Origin: Pristiophorus japonicus | Taxonomy: Eukaryota | NCBI RefSeq assembly: GCF_044704955.1 | Contig: NC_091982.1 | Location: 26,908,001 to 26,972,000 of the forward strand | Length of the DNA: 64,000 nt | Direction: 5' to 3' | In this document: positions 50,670 to 64,000 of the stretch, in pieces | How positions within the stretch are numbered: position 1 is the stretch's first letter | Layout of the letters: every line of letters begins with the position of its first letter | Made by a program: the position numbers and the translations under genes | Notes under the pieces: model-generated | What the model was told of the DNA's origin: nothing | The model's input: the letters and a program-made list of their open reading frames with translations, nothing else | The model's database searches: none

Positions 50670-51000
50670 ATGGCACTGTGGATAAAGGTACAGACCAGAA
50701 GGTCCCAGGTTCATTCCCACTCTGTGCTGGTGCAAACCAGCAGGAGTTGCATTATTTTCATTTGCCTCAGTTACTCCAGGCTAGGGAGCGAAAAAAAAAG
50801 TACATCAACCGGAATTCCTGTTCCCGATAGCTAGCCAATGACTCAGAGTGGAAATTGCGCATAGTTGGACACTGGGTGAAAACAGGATAAAGCTCAACTG
50901 TGATACCCCACGAGCAAATATCTAGCCAACATTCAAAGCTTCGGCTCACATAGGAAGCATGGCCATTGGGTAAAGTACTGGAATGCAGTGAAGAAAAAGA
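50670..51000 (+). mobile_element. LF-SINE-like tRNA-derived SINE
   Basis: B-box-like ggtcccaggttcattccc followed by a conserved body (ggctcacat...atggccattggg); the family name is from recall. Confidence 0.5.
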
Positions 51001-51908
51001 TAATACCGAGGGAAAAATACTTAGTACTGAAACTACTTAGAATTTCCTGATATTTTAATGTAAATAAACTTTACAAAGCCATCTGTAAAATACAACCAAT
51101 ATCTGCTGTAAGAAATAGCATCAAAAACAGCATTTCAAAATAACTCTAGCGAGGTTGCTAGTATTTTATTTTACTATTGCTTCTAAAAAGGAAGAAAGTT
51201 ATATACTAAAAGAGAAAGGAGCAAACTCAGTTATTAATTTCTCTATCATTGGCAGGCTGTAATAGTCAAAATTTACATGTCAATATGTAATTATAAATTT
51301 AATTTGAGGAATATAATGTGAATGTAAATTACTAGTTTAACAGCTATGGATTTCTAAATTCCAGTGGACTTTTGTTTTCAGAAACCAGTGATAGATAACT
51401 AGAACCACTCAAAAAAACAAACAGGCCATACATTTTTAAGTGTGACTGAAGTGATCACGTGAGCTTAGAAAATTAAAGTTCATGTAGGAGGTAAACTGTG
51501 CTTTTGAAATCTCTCAAATGGTGTGTGTTAGGGGCTAACAGAAACAAATTTGATTACTGAAGAGGTTAAATGCATTGGCAGGTGTTTTAAGTTAAATCAT
51601 TTTGCTCCATTTAAGAATTTCCTATTTTTTCATCTTTAATATGAGTGAGGTCACATGTATTTCAATGAGAACAAAAATTGCATCTTAAAAAATGTTACCA
51701 ATATTATTTTCTTAGAAATGATCTGAAGTAGTTAAGCGAATGTTAAATTGGGAGGGACAATCGATTGAATGCAACATCTCTCATGTGATCTGTTACTGAT
51801 TTGTCACTGTAGAAAGCAGTGTTGACAATCACAATTTTTGCAACTGGACAGTGATATATATGTGAAAATATGTGGCTACTTTCATGCTCAAGACGTGATT
51901 TCCATTAC

Positions 51909-52001
51909 CTGTTCTTTAACAGCTGTATTAACATTCGTCAGGTAGTGCTGGCAGATCTGGCAGAAAGCTCGCATTTGTTTTCGTAACATTATTAGCTTAT
52001 C
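51909..52001 (-). CDS. STAG2: STAG2 exon ([31 protein letters not shown]); most 5' exon visible
   Basis: 93 nt, phase 0-0, TTCTTTCAG acceptor, CAG|GTAA donor. Upstream exons lie in the gap or beyond the window. Confidence 0.94.
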
Positions 52002-53770
52002 CTGAAAGAAAAATGTATACTTATATTACCTTCAATGATAAGTATATGCAGTAGAGACATATTCAACCACTTTCGTGCAGTGAATTTTTGCAACAGAATT
52101 TTCACCCACTACGTCAATGTAAGCTGTTACAATTGCTGCAATTTTACCAATCTACCTATTAAATGTTTTCACTTAGAGTAAATAAGCTACTTCAGAATTA
52201 ACAATACTCGGGATGGATTTACAGATTAGAGGTGAAAACACTGCATTTGTTTATGAAACAATTGGATGCCACAACGGAGGATTTTAGGGTCTAACCGGAT
52301 GGATAAATTAAGGGCTGAATGGTCTTCCTGATCCATTATCTTAACATTTTTATTAAATGATGCTTGAGCACTGGGAAAGTGGTGCGTGACCTCTGAGCAC
52401 CACCTTCTCCTCTTTCCATTTACTATTGTGTGACTGGTGATTGAAGAATCGTGAAAATATTCAAATTTCTACTTACAGAAGCACAAAATAAAATGACAAT
52501 TCTCAGCGGGTGGCTGTAAAATAGAAAATTTACTCCACTGGTGAAAGTGAATTCGATAACTGACCTATGACAAGGCTTTCCTTATGAATTTAAATGGATT
52601 TTTACACCTTTACAAACACTTTTTAGGTCATTTTAGTTGGGGATATTAAGTAGGTGTGTAAAGTACTTGAATATTGCCCATTGTAATGTAGCAACTTCTA
52701 TTATTTCTTCAGAGCTATTTGGCTGTCATGTCGACAATTCTTAAAGCATGCAAGCAATCCAGGTATTTATAGTCCTGCACTTCACAATGTGACACATAAC
52801 TCATTTTGAGTAAATTATTTCATATTCAAATGACACACAATGGTGGCCATGTTGGAAGGAACTGTTGTACTGATAGTGTACCACTGTCAGTAGGAGTGTG
52901 GTAATCCTGCCACCAGGAGGACACTATAACATAATGATGGAAAACTTGGAGTGGCCATTGGGCTGCTCCAACCAACCAATCACCATTGTGGTATTTAACT
53001 TTCATAAATGAACCCAAGACTCAACCCACAAGTCCATTCTATGTATTTATCACTGTGTGAAGAAGAACTTGCCGATATCAATCTTACACTTGCCTGATAC
53101 TTGTATGAACCGCTGTCCCTTTTTCCCATTCTCGCAATTAAATTTTTCCGATTGGCCTTTCCATAACTTTTACTATCATATATAACTCGATAGGATCACC
53201 TCTCAAGGCAGAAAGCCCAATTTTTCCTCATAGAATCAAAGAATGGTTACAACAGGGAAGGAGGCCATTCGGCCCGTTGAGCCCGCACCAGCTCACTGGA
53301 AGAGCACCTTAGCTAGTCCCACTCTCCCGTCCTTTCCCTGTAGCCCTGCAAATTATTTTTCCCTCAGGTGCTTATCCAACTCCCTTTTCAAAGCCGTGAT
53401 TGAGTCTTCCTCCACCACCCTTTCAGGCAGTGCATTCCAGATCATATCAACTCACTGCGTAAAATAGTTTTTTTTATTATGTTGCCATTGGTTCTTTTTC
53501 AAATCACCTTAAATTTGTGTCCCCTGGTTCTCAACCCTTCCACCAATGGGAACAGTTTCTCTCAATCTACTCTGTCCAGAACCCTCAGGATTTTGAACGC
53601 CTTGATCAAATCTCCTCTCACTCATCTCGAAAGAGAACAACCCCAGCTTCTCCAGTCTTTCCACGTTACTGAAGTCCCTTATCCCTGGAATCATTCTCGT
53701 AAACTTTTCTGCACCCTCTTTAAGGCCTTCATATCCTTCCTAGAGTGCGGTGCCCAGAACTGGACACAAT

Positions 53771-54980
53771 GGGCCCAAGTTTCCACAGGATAAAAAACGG
53801 GCGCCCCTTCGAGCTGGGCGCCAGTGTTTCGCGCCTAAAACGGCGGCAGAAAAAAAACGCGCTATTCTCGAGTGCTTTGCAGCTCCTTGTCTGTTTGGCG
53901 CGGCGCCCAGGGGGGCGGAGCCTACACTCACGCCGATTTTGTAAGTGGGAGGGGACGGGTACTATTTAAATTAGTTTTTTTCCTGCCGGCTACGCTGCGC
54001 GTGCGCGTTGGAGCGTTTGCGCATGCTCAGTGTGAAAAAAAACATTGGCACTCGGCCATTTTTGTAGTTCTTTGTAGCTGTTTAATTTTTGAACATTTTT
54101 TAATAAAATCACATTGCCATCAGCACTGAGGCTTCCCTTCTCACTGTCTCCTTCCCCTCCCTCCCCTCCGCGGCAACAAACGGCTGTCTCCTTCCCCTCC
54201 CTCCACGGCAACAAGCCGCTATCGCCTTCCCCTCCCTCCCCTCCTCTGCGCGGCAACAAGCCACTGTCTCCTTCCCCTCCCTCCCCTCTCTCCACGGCAA
54301 CAAGCCGCTGTCTCCTTCCCCTCCCTCCCCTCTCTCCACGGCAACAAGCCACTGTCTCCTTCCCCTCCCTCCCCTCTCTCCACGGCAACAAGCCGCTGTC
54401 TCCTTCCCCTCCCTCCCCTCTCTCCACGGCAACAAGCCGCTATCTCCTTCCCCTCCCTCCCCTCCTCTGCGCGGCAACAAACGGCGGTTTCCTTCGAACG
54501 ATGGCTGAAGCACTTGCACACAGGTAGGAAGATGGTTTATTTAATCTTTTCTTTGCTTATAAATGTTTATTCAGGTTGGATTTATTTGTATAATATTTGT
54601 AGAAGTATAAATAAGGATTTATTGTCGAATTTAATGAGTTCCCTTCCCCCCCCTCCCCCCCACCTCGTTCTGGACGCCTAATTTGTAACCTGCGCCTGAT
54701 TTTTTAGTGTGCAGAACAGGTTTTTTCAGTTCGACAAAAATCTTCACTTGCTCCATTCTACTTTAGTTTGGAGTACGTTTTCACTGTGGAAACTTTCAAA
54801 TCAGGCATCAGTGGCCGGACACGCCCCCTTTTGAAGAAAAAATTCTGTTCCAAAGTAGAACTGTTCTACCTGACGAGAACTGCAGAAAAAAAAATGTGGA
54901 GAATTGCGATTTCTAAGATAGTCCGTTCTCCACCAGTTGCTCCTAAAAATCAGGCGCAAATCATGTGGAAACTTGGGCCC
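53771..54980. mobile_element. MITE family A copy with an internal minisatellite
   Basis: TIRs GGGCCCAAGTTTCCACA / TGTGGAAACTTGGGCCC; flanks aat/act. Confidence 0.85.
54143..54488. repeat. ~44-bp tandem repeat, about 8 copies
   Basis: Unit ctgtctccttcccctccctcccctctctccacggcaacaagccg. Confidence 0.9.
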
Positions 54981-56021
54981 ACTATTCCAGTTGAGGCCGA
55001 ACCAGTGTTTTATACAGGTTCATCATAATTTCCATGATTTTGTACTCTCTACCACAATTCATGATGCCCAGGATCTTGCAAGGTTTTGTAACTGCTTTCT
55101 CAACCTGCTTTGTCACCTTCAACGATTTGTACACCTATACCCCTAGGTCTCTCAGTTCATGCACCCACTTTAGGACTGTAAACACTAGTTTATATTGCCT
55201 CTCCTCATTCTTTCTCCCAAAATGCATCACCGCACTATTCTGCGTTAAATTTCATCTGCCACGTGTCCGCCCATTCCACCAGCCTGTCTATGTCTTCTTG
55301 AATTCTATCACTATCCTCCTCTCTGTTCACTATACTTCCTAGTTTTGTGTCATCTGCAAATTTTGAAATTGTGCCTTGTACACCCAACATCTAAGTCATT
55401 TATATCAAGAAAATCAATGGTCCAAGAACTGACCCCTGGGAACACCACTATATTCCTTTTTCCAGTCTGAAAAACAACCGTCCACCACTACTGTGTTTTC
55501 TGTCACTTAGCCAATTTCGTATCCATACTGCTACTGTCCCTTTTATTCCATGGGCTTCAACTTTGCTGAGAAGCCTATTATGTTGTTTTTTGTCAAACGC
55601 CTTTTGGAAATTCATGTACACTACATCAACTGTATTGCCCTTATCAACCCTCTCTGTTACCTCATCAAAAAACTCGATCACGTTGGTTAAACATGATTTG
55701 CCTTGAACAAATCCGTACTGGCTTTCCTTAATTAATCCATACTTGTCCAAATGACTTAATTTTGTCCCCAATTATTGTTTCTAAAAGCATCCCCACTACC
55801 GAGGTTGAACTGACTAGCCTCAAGTTGCTGGGTTTATCTTCACACTCTTCTTTGAACAAGGGTGTAACATTTGCTATTCTCCAGTCCTCTGGCACCACTT
55901 CCATTTCAAAATCGGATTGGAAGACTATGGCCAATATCTCTGCAATTTCTTCCTTCACTTCCCTCAGTGTCCTAGGATGCATCCTATCTGGTCCTGGTGA
56001 CTTATCTACTTTAAGTACAGC

Positions 56022-59000
56022 AGTGCTGTTGGTGAGGAGTTAAACTAATATGGCAGGGGGATGGGAACCTATGCAGGGAGGCAGAGGGAAATAAAAGGGA
56101 GACAGAGGCAAAAGATAGAAAGGAGAGTAGTAAAAGTGGAGGGCAGAGAATCCCAAAGCAAAAAACAAAAAGGGCCACATTACAGCAAAATTCTAAAGGG
56201 ACATGGTGTGTTAAAAAGATAAGTCTGAAAGCTTTGTGTCTTAATGCAAGGAGTATCCGTAATAAGGTGGATGAATTAACTGTGCAAATAGATGTTAACA
56301 GATATGATGTGATTGGGATTACGGAGACGTGGCTCCAGGATGATCAGGGCTGGGAACTCAACATCCAGGGGTATTCAACATTCAGGAAGGATAGAATAAA
56401 AGGAAAAGGAGGTGGGGTAGCATTGCTGGTTAAAGAGATTAATGCAATAGTTAGGAAGGACATTAGCTTGGATGATGTGGAATCTATATGGGTAGAGCTG
56501 CAGAACATCAAAGGACAAAAAACTTTAGTGGGATTTGTGTACAGACCTCCAAACAGTAGTAGTGATGTTGGGGAGGGCATCAAAATGGAAATTAGGGGTG
56601 CATGCAATAAAGGTGCAGCAGTTATCATGGGTGACTTTAATATGCATACAGATTGGGCTAACCAAACTGGAAGCAATATGGTGGAGGAGGAGGATTTCCT
56701 GGAGTGCATAAGGGATGGTTTTCTAGACCAATATGTTGAGGAACCAACTAGGGGGAGGCCATCTTAGACTGGGTGTTGTGTAATGAGAGAGGATTAATTA
56801 GCAATCTCGTTGTGCGAGGCCCTTTGGGGAAGAGTGGCCATAATATGGTGGAATTCTACATTAGGATGGAGACTGAAACAGTTAATTCAGAGACCATGGT
56901 CCAGAACTTAAAGAAGGGTAACTTTGAAGGTATGAGGCATGACTTGGCTAGGATGGATTGGCGAATGATACTTAAGGGGTTGACAGTGGATGGGCAATGG
57001 CAGACATTTAGAGACGGCATGGATGAACGACAACAATTGTACATCTCTGTCTGGCATAAAAATAAAAAAAGGAAGGTGGCTCAACCGTGGCTATCAAGGG
57101 AAATCAGCCATAGTATTAAAGCCAAGGAAGTGGCATACAAATTGGCCAGAAATAGCAGCGAACCTGGGGACTGGGAGAAATTTAGAACTCAGCAGAGGAG
57201 GACAAAGGGTTTGATTAGGGCAGGGAAAATAGAGTACGAGAGGAAGCTTGCAGGGAACATTAAGACGGACTGCAAAAGCTTCTATAGATATGTAAAGAGA
57301 AAAAGGTTAGTAAAGACAAACGTCGGTCCCCTGCAGTCAGAATCAGGGGAAGTCATAACAGGGAACAAAGAAATGGCAGACCAATTGAACAAGTACTTTG
57401 GTTCAGTATTCACGAAGGAGGACACAAACAACCTTCCAGATATAAAAAGGGTCAGAGGGTCTAGAAAGGAGGAGGAACTGAGGGAAATCCTTCTTAGTCG
57501 GGAAATTGTGTTGGGGAAATTGATGGGATTGATGGCCGATAAATCCCCAGGGCCTGATGGACTGCATTCCAGAGTACTTAAAGAGATGGCCTTGGAAATA
57601 GCAGATGCATCGACAGTCATTTTCCAACATTCCATAGACTCTGGATCAGTTCCTATCGAGTGGAGGGTCGCCAATGTAACCCCACTTTTTAAAAAAGGAG
57701 GGAGAGAAAACAGGGAATTATCAACCGGTCAGCTTGACATCAGTAGTGGGTAAAATGACAATCAATTATTAAGGATGTCATAGCAGCGCATTTGGAAAGA
57801 GGTGACATGATAGGTCCAAGTCAGCATGGATTTGTGAAAGGGAAATCATGCTTGACAAATCTTCTGGAATTTTTTGAGGATGTTTCCAGTAGAGTGGACA
57901 AGAGAGAACCAGTTGATGTGGTGTATTTGGACTTTCAGAAGGCTTTTGACAAGGTTCCACACAAGAGATTAATGTGCAAAGTTAAAGCACATGGGATTGG
58001 GGATAGTGTGCTGACGTGGATTGAGAACTGGTTGGCAGACAGGAAGCAAAGAGTAGGAGTATATGGATACTTTTCTGAATGGCAGGCAGTGACTAGTGCT
58101 GGGGCCCCAGCTGTTTACATTGTACATTAATGATTTAGACGAGGGGATTAAATGTAGTATCTCCAAATTTGCGGATGGCACGAAGTTGGGTGGCAGTGTG
58201 AGCTGCGAGGAGGATGCTATGAGGCTGCAGAGTGGCTTGGATAGGTTAGGTGAGTGGGCAAATGCATGGCAGATGAAGTATAATGTGGATAAATGTGAGG
58301 TTATCCACTTTGGTGGTAAAAACAGAGAGACAGACTATTATCTGAATGGTGACAGATTAGGAAAAGGGGAGGTGCAACGAGACCTGGGTGTCATGGTACA
58401 TCAGTCATTGAAGGTTGGCATGCAGGTACAGCAGGCGGTTAAGAAAGGAAATGGCATGTTGGCCTTCATAGCGAGGTGATTTGAGTACAGGGGCAGGGAG
58501 GTGTTACTACAGTTATACAGGGCCTTGGTGAGGCCACACCTTGAGTATTGTGTACAGTTTTGGTCTCCTAACTTGAGGAAGGACATTCTTGCTATTGAGG
58601 GAGTGCAGCGAAGGTTCACCAGACTGATTCCTGGGATGGCGGGACTGACGTATCAAGAAAGACTGGATCAACTGGGCTTGTATTCACTGCATTTCAGAAG
58701 AATGAGAGGGGATCTCATAGAAACGTTTAAAATTCTGACAGGTTTAGATAGGTTAGATGCAGGAAGAATGTTCCCAATGTTGGGGAAGTCCAGAACCAGG
58801 GGTCACAGTCTAAGAATAAGGGGTAAGCCATTTAGGACCGAGATGAGGAGAAACTTCTTCACCCAGAGAGTGGTGAATCTGTGGAATTCTCTACCACAGA
58901 AAGTTGTTGAGGCCAATTCATTAAATATATTCAAAAAGGAGTTTGATGTAGTCCTTACTACTAGGGGGATCAAGGGGTATGGCGAGAAAGCAGAAATGGG

Positions 59001-59093
59001 GTAGTGAAGTTGCATGTTCAGCCATGAACTCATTGAATGGCGGTGCAGGCTCGAAGGGCCGAATGGCCTACTCCTTCACCTATTTTCTATGTA
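56022..59093 (+). mobile_element. Near-complete CR1 LINE ORF2 (APE endonuclease plus RT), frameshifted
   Basis: CLNARSIRNK...ITETWL...MGDFN (endonuclease), DKSPGPDG, YLDFQKAFDKV, SKFADGTKL (RT); 3' UTR and tail present. Confidence 0.95.
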
Positions 59094-59233
59094 TCGATGT
59101 AGCCTTTCTTGTACCTTTCTAGTACCTCCTCTATCAATTTTTATCCCATCCAGTATCTCCTCCTTCACTATGTCTATAGCAGCATTTTCCTTGAAGACAG
59201 ATGCAAAGTACTCAGTTAGCACCTCAGTCATAG

Positions 59234-59852
59234 CCGATGCAGGGAGGTCCTGCTGCAACTGTACAGGGTATTGGTGAGGCCGCACCTGGACTACTGCGTG
59301 CAGTTTTGGTCACCTTACTTAAGGAAGGATATTTTAGATTTGGAGGGGGTACAAAGACGATTCACTAGGCTGATTCCGGAGATGAGGGGGTTACCTTATG
59401 ACGATAGATTGAGTAGACTGGGTCTTTACTCGTTGGAGTTCAGAAGGATGAGGGGTGATCTTATAGAAACACTTAAAATCATGAAAGGGATAGACAAGAT
59501 AGAGGCAGAGAGGTTGTTTCCACTGGCCGGGGAGACTAGAACTAGGGGGCACAGCCTCAAAATACGGGGGAGCCAATTTAAAACTGAGTTGAGAAGGAAT
59601 TTCTTCACCCAGAGGGTTGTGAATCTGTGGAATTCTCTGCCCAAGGAAGCAGTTGAGGCTAGCTCATTGAATGTATTCAAATCGCAGATAGATAGATTTT
59701 TAACCAATAAGGGAATTAAGGGTTACGGGGAGCGGGCTGGTAAATGGAGCTGAGTCCACGGCCAGATCAGCCATGATCTTGTTGAATGGCGGAGCAGACT
59801 CGAGGGGCTAGATGGCCTACTCCTGTTCCTAATTCTTATGTTCTTCTGTTCT
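59234..59852 (+). mobile_element. CR1 LINE 3' fragment (second subfamily)
   Basis: ORF 59271..59753; tail ttcttatgttctt. Confidence 0.9.
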
Positions 59853-59923
59853 TCCATGCATAGGTCTACTTTTTGATCCTTAATCGGCCCCACCCCTCCT
59901 CTTACTACCCATTTGCTATTTTT

Positions 59924-60858
59924 GGGCCCAACATTGCCCGAGCCGTTTTTTCAGCGTACTGACCTGAAGCGCGCCGGAAAGGGCGCCAGAAAAAAGGGGC
60001 CCCATCCTGGCCGCTCTTCGGAGTCTTGAGTCGTGGCGTGGAGACTGAAGGAGGGGGCGGAGCAACAGGCCAGCGCAGAAAGCACTGCCGGCACCTGCGC
60101 GCATGCTCAGTGAGAGCTGCGCACATGCTCCTACCCTCCCAGTGCGTCCTGCGGGCTGTGAGCAGGACCCGATGCTCACAGCCCTTATCCCAAGCCGAAG
60201 GGACGTCTGATCTCGCTGCACCCTATCCCCAGGCGAGTTCCCGGGCAGGTAGGACTTGGCTTTAATTTATTATTTAGTGGCTGTGCTTGAGACCTTTGAT
60301 TGGGGGGGGGGGGAAGAGAGAATGAGTGTTTGAGTGTATGGGGGCGAGAGAATGAGTGTATTGGGGGTGGGGGGAAAAAGAGAAAAAAGTGTCTCTCTGG
60401 CTACCCCCACAACCCCACGACCAGCAGCTTGCATTTTTCCGGTAGGATTTACTTGATTTTTATTAGTATTTTAATTGTTTGAGCTTTTCCTTGCAATGTT
60501 TGGTGCTTGGTTGTTGAGGTCTTCTCCAGTTCCCTTCCCTCCCCTATCCCTGCCCTAATGTGTGCCGATTGTGCACTGCTTTTTCTTCACTGCCTGCAAG
60601 GTTTTCAGAGCTGGCCACATTCGCTGACCTAAGTGGATTTGGAGTAAGTTTTTGCTGGCCAAAGTGGCATAAATGGCCAAAACTGACGTTAAGTGTCTGG
60701 GAACGCCCCCTTTTGAAAAAAAAACTGACCTAAAAAAATAGTCGTACCTAACTGACTTACTCTGGAGCAAATTTTCGGGGGAAATGGCATTTTTTAAACT
60801 TACGCCAGAAAAACTTACTCCAAAAAAATTGCTGCAAGTCATGGCCAGGATTGGGCCC
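59924..60858. mobile_element. Harbinger-like MITE (family related to A)
   Basis: GGGCCCAA...TTGGGCCC termini, flanks ttt/tat; subterminal blocks shared with family A. Confidence 0.75.
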
Positions 60859-62710
60859 TATATGTCTGTAGAAGATTTTTGGATTACCTTTTATGTTAGC
60901 TGCCATTCTATTCTCATACCCTCTCTTTGCCCCAATTATTTTTTTTTTCACTTCTCCTCCGAACTTTCTATATTAAGCCTGATTCTCAGATGTATTCTCG
61001 ACCTGACATCGGTCATATGTGCTCTTTTTCTGCTTCATCTTACTCTATTTCATCATCCAGGGAACTCTGACTTTAGTTGCCCTACCTTTACCCCAATGGA
61101 AATGCACCTCAACTGTACCCAAACGATTTCCTCTTTAAAGGCAGCTCATTGTTCCATTACAGTTTTGCCTGTCAACCTTTGATTCCAATTTACCGGAGCC
61201 AGATCCATTCTTATCCCACTGAAATTTGTCTTTCTCCAATTATGTATTTTTACTCTAGATTGCTCCCTGTCCTTTTCCATAGCTAATCTAAACCTTATGA
61301 TACTATGATCACTGTTCCATAAATATTCATTTACTGACAATTGCTCCACTTGACCTATCTCATTCCCCAGAACCAGATCCCCAGATCCAGCAATGCCTCC
61401 TTCCTCTTGGGCCAGAAACATACTGATGCAGAAAGTCCTCCTGAACACACTTCAGAAATTCTTCCCCCTCTTTGCCCTTCACATTATTACTATCCCAGTC
61501 TACGGGCTCAATTTTCCACATGGGCGATTTTTGGCACAGTTGGAGAGGTACGTCCGATTTTTTTTGTGGCCCAACTACGCCAGAAAAGAAAGTTCAGAGT
61601 TTCGCCGGAATTATCTTTGAATTTGGCACGGCGCACATTGGCCTTAAGCTCTGGGGGTGGAGCTTAAGGCCTACGCCAAAAACTGATGTTGCCAGGGTAA
61701 CGAAGGACGCTCTAAAGGGCTGATGCTAGGAATGGAAACTGATCAAGGGCTGAGGCTGGGCTGGAAACGGAAAATGACACCGCTGCCATCCCGGGACAAA
61801 TGACCTCCCCACCCCCCGCTGCCATCCCGGGCCGAAAGGACCCCGCACCGACCCCGGGCCGAAAGGACCCCACACCGACCAGCATCTACCCCGGGCTGAA
61901 AGGGGCCACACCTATCCCGTGCACATGTGTTGTGCAGAGATTTATCTGTGAATTAAACGCACAATTCTTTGATTGAGTGGGGTGGAAGGGGGCGGCATAA
62001 CTTGGGGTGGAATCCAGTACTGCCGAGTTTCCACACCATTGACAAATTTATATAGATTAACAATCCACGGAAGGGGGGGGGGGGGGGGCGGTGCTCTTCT
62101 GCTCCATCATGTTGCACTCAGAGAAGGATTGATTGTTGTCACTTCAGGGGCCAGATATCACCTCAAAATATAATTCAATTCTTCTTCAGCTGAATTTGGA
62201 CCTCAGGCTCACCCTTTCGGAGAGGTAGGATGCTACGCTGACATTCATCTGCTTCATCAGGGTGGGTATCCTTGTCAATACAGGCATGGACACAGAGCCA
62301 ATTATGGTAATTAGCCTATCCTCTCCATCTGGGATAGGGTCATCGTGAGGCCAAAGTGGTGGTAGAAGTTCCACACTGCCACATAAAAGACATTGGCAAA
62401 TCTCTTCCTCCATCTCGGGCCTGGAAATTGGAGCCGTTTGCCCCGACCATTAAAGCTGGTTTGGAAGAAATAATGGTGGCTGCCTCGCTTTTGCCCGCTC
62501 CCAACACGAAACACGCGACCAGCATTTTGGGCAGTATGGCAGTGCTGTCGTTGCCTACTTTCGCTTCATATAGTTAAGTGATCCAGATTGTGACGTCAAT
62601 CGGCGTGCAACGCTGAATTAACGACTTTTTTGGATTTTGGATGTCGCCGCTCTTAATAACTCACTCTCCAAACCACGCACAGAAGAACGTGCATGCAGCA
62701 ATACAACAAA

Positions 62711-63314
62711 GGGGTCAAGTTTCGGCCTGAGTTGCTCCTATTTTTTTGGAGCAACTGGTTTAGAATGGATTATCTTAGAAATTGCAATTCTCGGCATTTA
62801 GTTTGCTCCAGTTCTAGTCATTTGGAACAGTTTCATTTTGGAACAGATTTTTTTTTCAAAAGGGGGCGTGTCTGGCCACTTACGCCGGTTTTTAAAGTTT
62901 AGGCAGTGAAAACTTACTCCAAACTAACTTAGAATGGAGTAAGTGTAGATTTTTGTACGCTCAGAAAAACCTTGCCTACACTTAGAAAATCAGGCATAGG
63001 TTACAAATCAGGCATCGGGAACGAGGGCGGGGGGGGGGGGGGGAGTTTACAAATATGAAACATATCACTTTTGCAAATAAAGAGCCATCACCAATAATAA
63101 CTGATAAATAAATCAGTAAATCAACCCAAATTTTTTTTTACAAATCAATAAATTAAAAAATTAAGCTTCTACTGCAGCAACGGGAGCCCTCCAACAGCAT
63201 GCTGGGACGGGGCCACCCCAGTGTGTCTCTCTCTGTCTGTCAGTGTCTATGTGTTTCTGACAGCGAGGGAAGGGGCGGGGGGGGGGGGAGGAAGATGGAG
63301 GTGGAAGAGAGGGA
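62711..63314 (-). mobile_element. Inverted MITE family A-related copy running into the gap
   Basis: Starts ggggtcaagtttc; 62720-63030 is the reverse complement of the 35580-35890 and 54660-54980 arms. Confidence 0.75.
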
Positions 63315-63905
63315 NNNNNNNNNNNNNNNNNNNNNNNNNNNNNNNNNNNNNNNNNNNNNNNNNNNNNNNNNNNNNNNNNNNNNNNNNNNNNNNNNNNNNN
63401 NNNNNNNNNNNNNNNNNNNNNNNNNNNNNNNNNNNNNNNNNNNNNNNNNNNNNNNNNNNNNNNNNNNNNNNNNNNNNNNNNNNNNNNNNNNNNNNNNNNN
63501 NNNNNNNNNNNNNNNNNNNNNNNNNNNNNNNNNNNNNNNNNNNNNNNNNNNNNNNNNNNNNNNNNNNNNNNNNNNNNNNNNNNNNNNNNNNNNNNGGGAG
63601 ANNNNNNNNNNNNNNNNNNNNNNNNNNNNNNNNNNNNNNNNNNNNNNNNNNNNNNNNNNNNNNNNNNNNNNNNNNNNNNNNNNNNNNNNNNNNNNNNNNN
63701 NNNNNNNNNNNNNNNNNNNNNNNNNNNNNNNNNNNNGAGGGAGGGATGGAGGAGAGGGAGGGAGGGATGGAGGAGNNNNNNNNNNNNNNNNNNNNNNNNN
63801 NNNNNNNNNNNNNNNNNNNNNNNNNNNNNNNNNNNNNNNNNNNNNNNNNNNNNNNNNNNNNNNNNNNNNNNNNNNNNNNNNNNNNNNNNNNNNNNNNNNN
63901 NNNNN
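63315..63905. other. Assembly gaps within a GA-rich low-complexity tract
   Basis: N runs interspersed with ggag repeats. Confidence 0.98.
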
Positions 63906-64000
63906 AGGGGGAGGGAGGGAGAGGAGAGGAGAGGGAGAGGAGAAGAGAGGGAGGGAGGGAGGGAGAGGAGGGAGGGAGAGGAGGGAGGGAGGGGGAGAGG

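Larger units (their letters stand above)
53228..61500 (-). mobile_element. Long CR1 LINE (minus strand) fragmented by four younger insertions
   Basis: Collinear ORF2 pieces at 53228-53770, 54981-56021, ~59098-59233, ~59853-59923 and 60859-61500 (ORFs 55448..55771, 55728..55982, 61146..61448). Confidence 0.8.

Noticed and set aside
54143-54488. CRISPR-like array or repeat-protein ORFs
   Set aside because: These are head-to-tail tandem units without unique spacers, inside a MITE in vertebrate DNA; the ORFs are by-products of the repeat.
56234-59004. Active or domesticated reverse transcriptase gene
   Set aside because: Several frameshifts and stops, and the catalytic FADD motif reads FADG; an ordinary dead CR1 copy.

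Overview
Vertebrate genomic DNA, almost certainly from a cartilaginous fish (shark-type CR1/L2/RTE LINEs, tRNA-derived SINEs, Harbinger-like elements). It is not prokaryotic, so most short ORFs in the track are repeat-derived or spurious. Two spliced genes lie in tandem on the minus strand. (1) The last 12 coding exons of cohesin subunit STAG2 span 52001 down to 25051; all are GT-AG with consistent phases, and the protein ends ...[11 protein letters not shown]|VLGVSMF*, the STAG2-type rather than STAG1-type tail. (2) About 5 kb downstream is a complete, divergent MSL2-like RING+CXC gene with two coding exons (18556-18712 and 2322-3376; 403 aa). Canonical MSL2 sits downstream of STAG1, so an MSL2-like gene downstream of STAG2 looks like a retained whole-genome-duplication paralog, the main finding here. 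Other observations: an acceptor 9 nt before the MSL2-like ATG that would allow an in-frame STAG2-MSL2L read-through fusion; two candidate poison/alternative exons in STAG2 introns; a CTCF motif in the last STAG2 intron; a palindromic element with hammerhead-ribozyme-like cores abutting the MSL2-like promoter; and several nested transposon stacks. Repeat boundaries are approximate unless a TSD is given. Comparisons with human proteins and synteny are from memory and need a database check.
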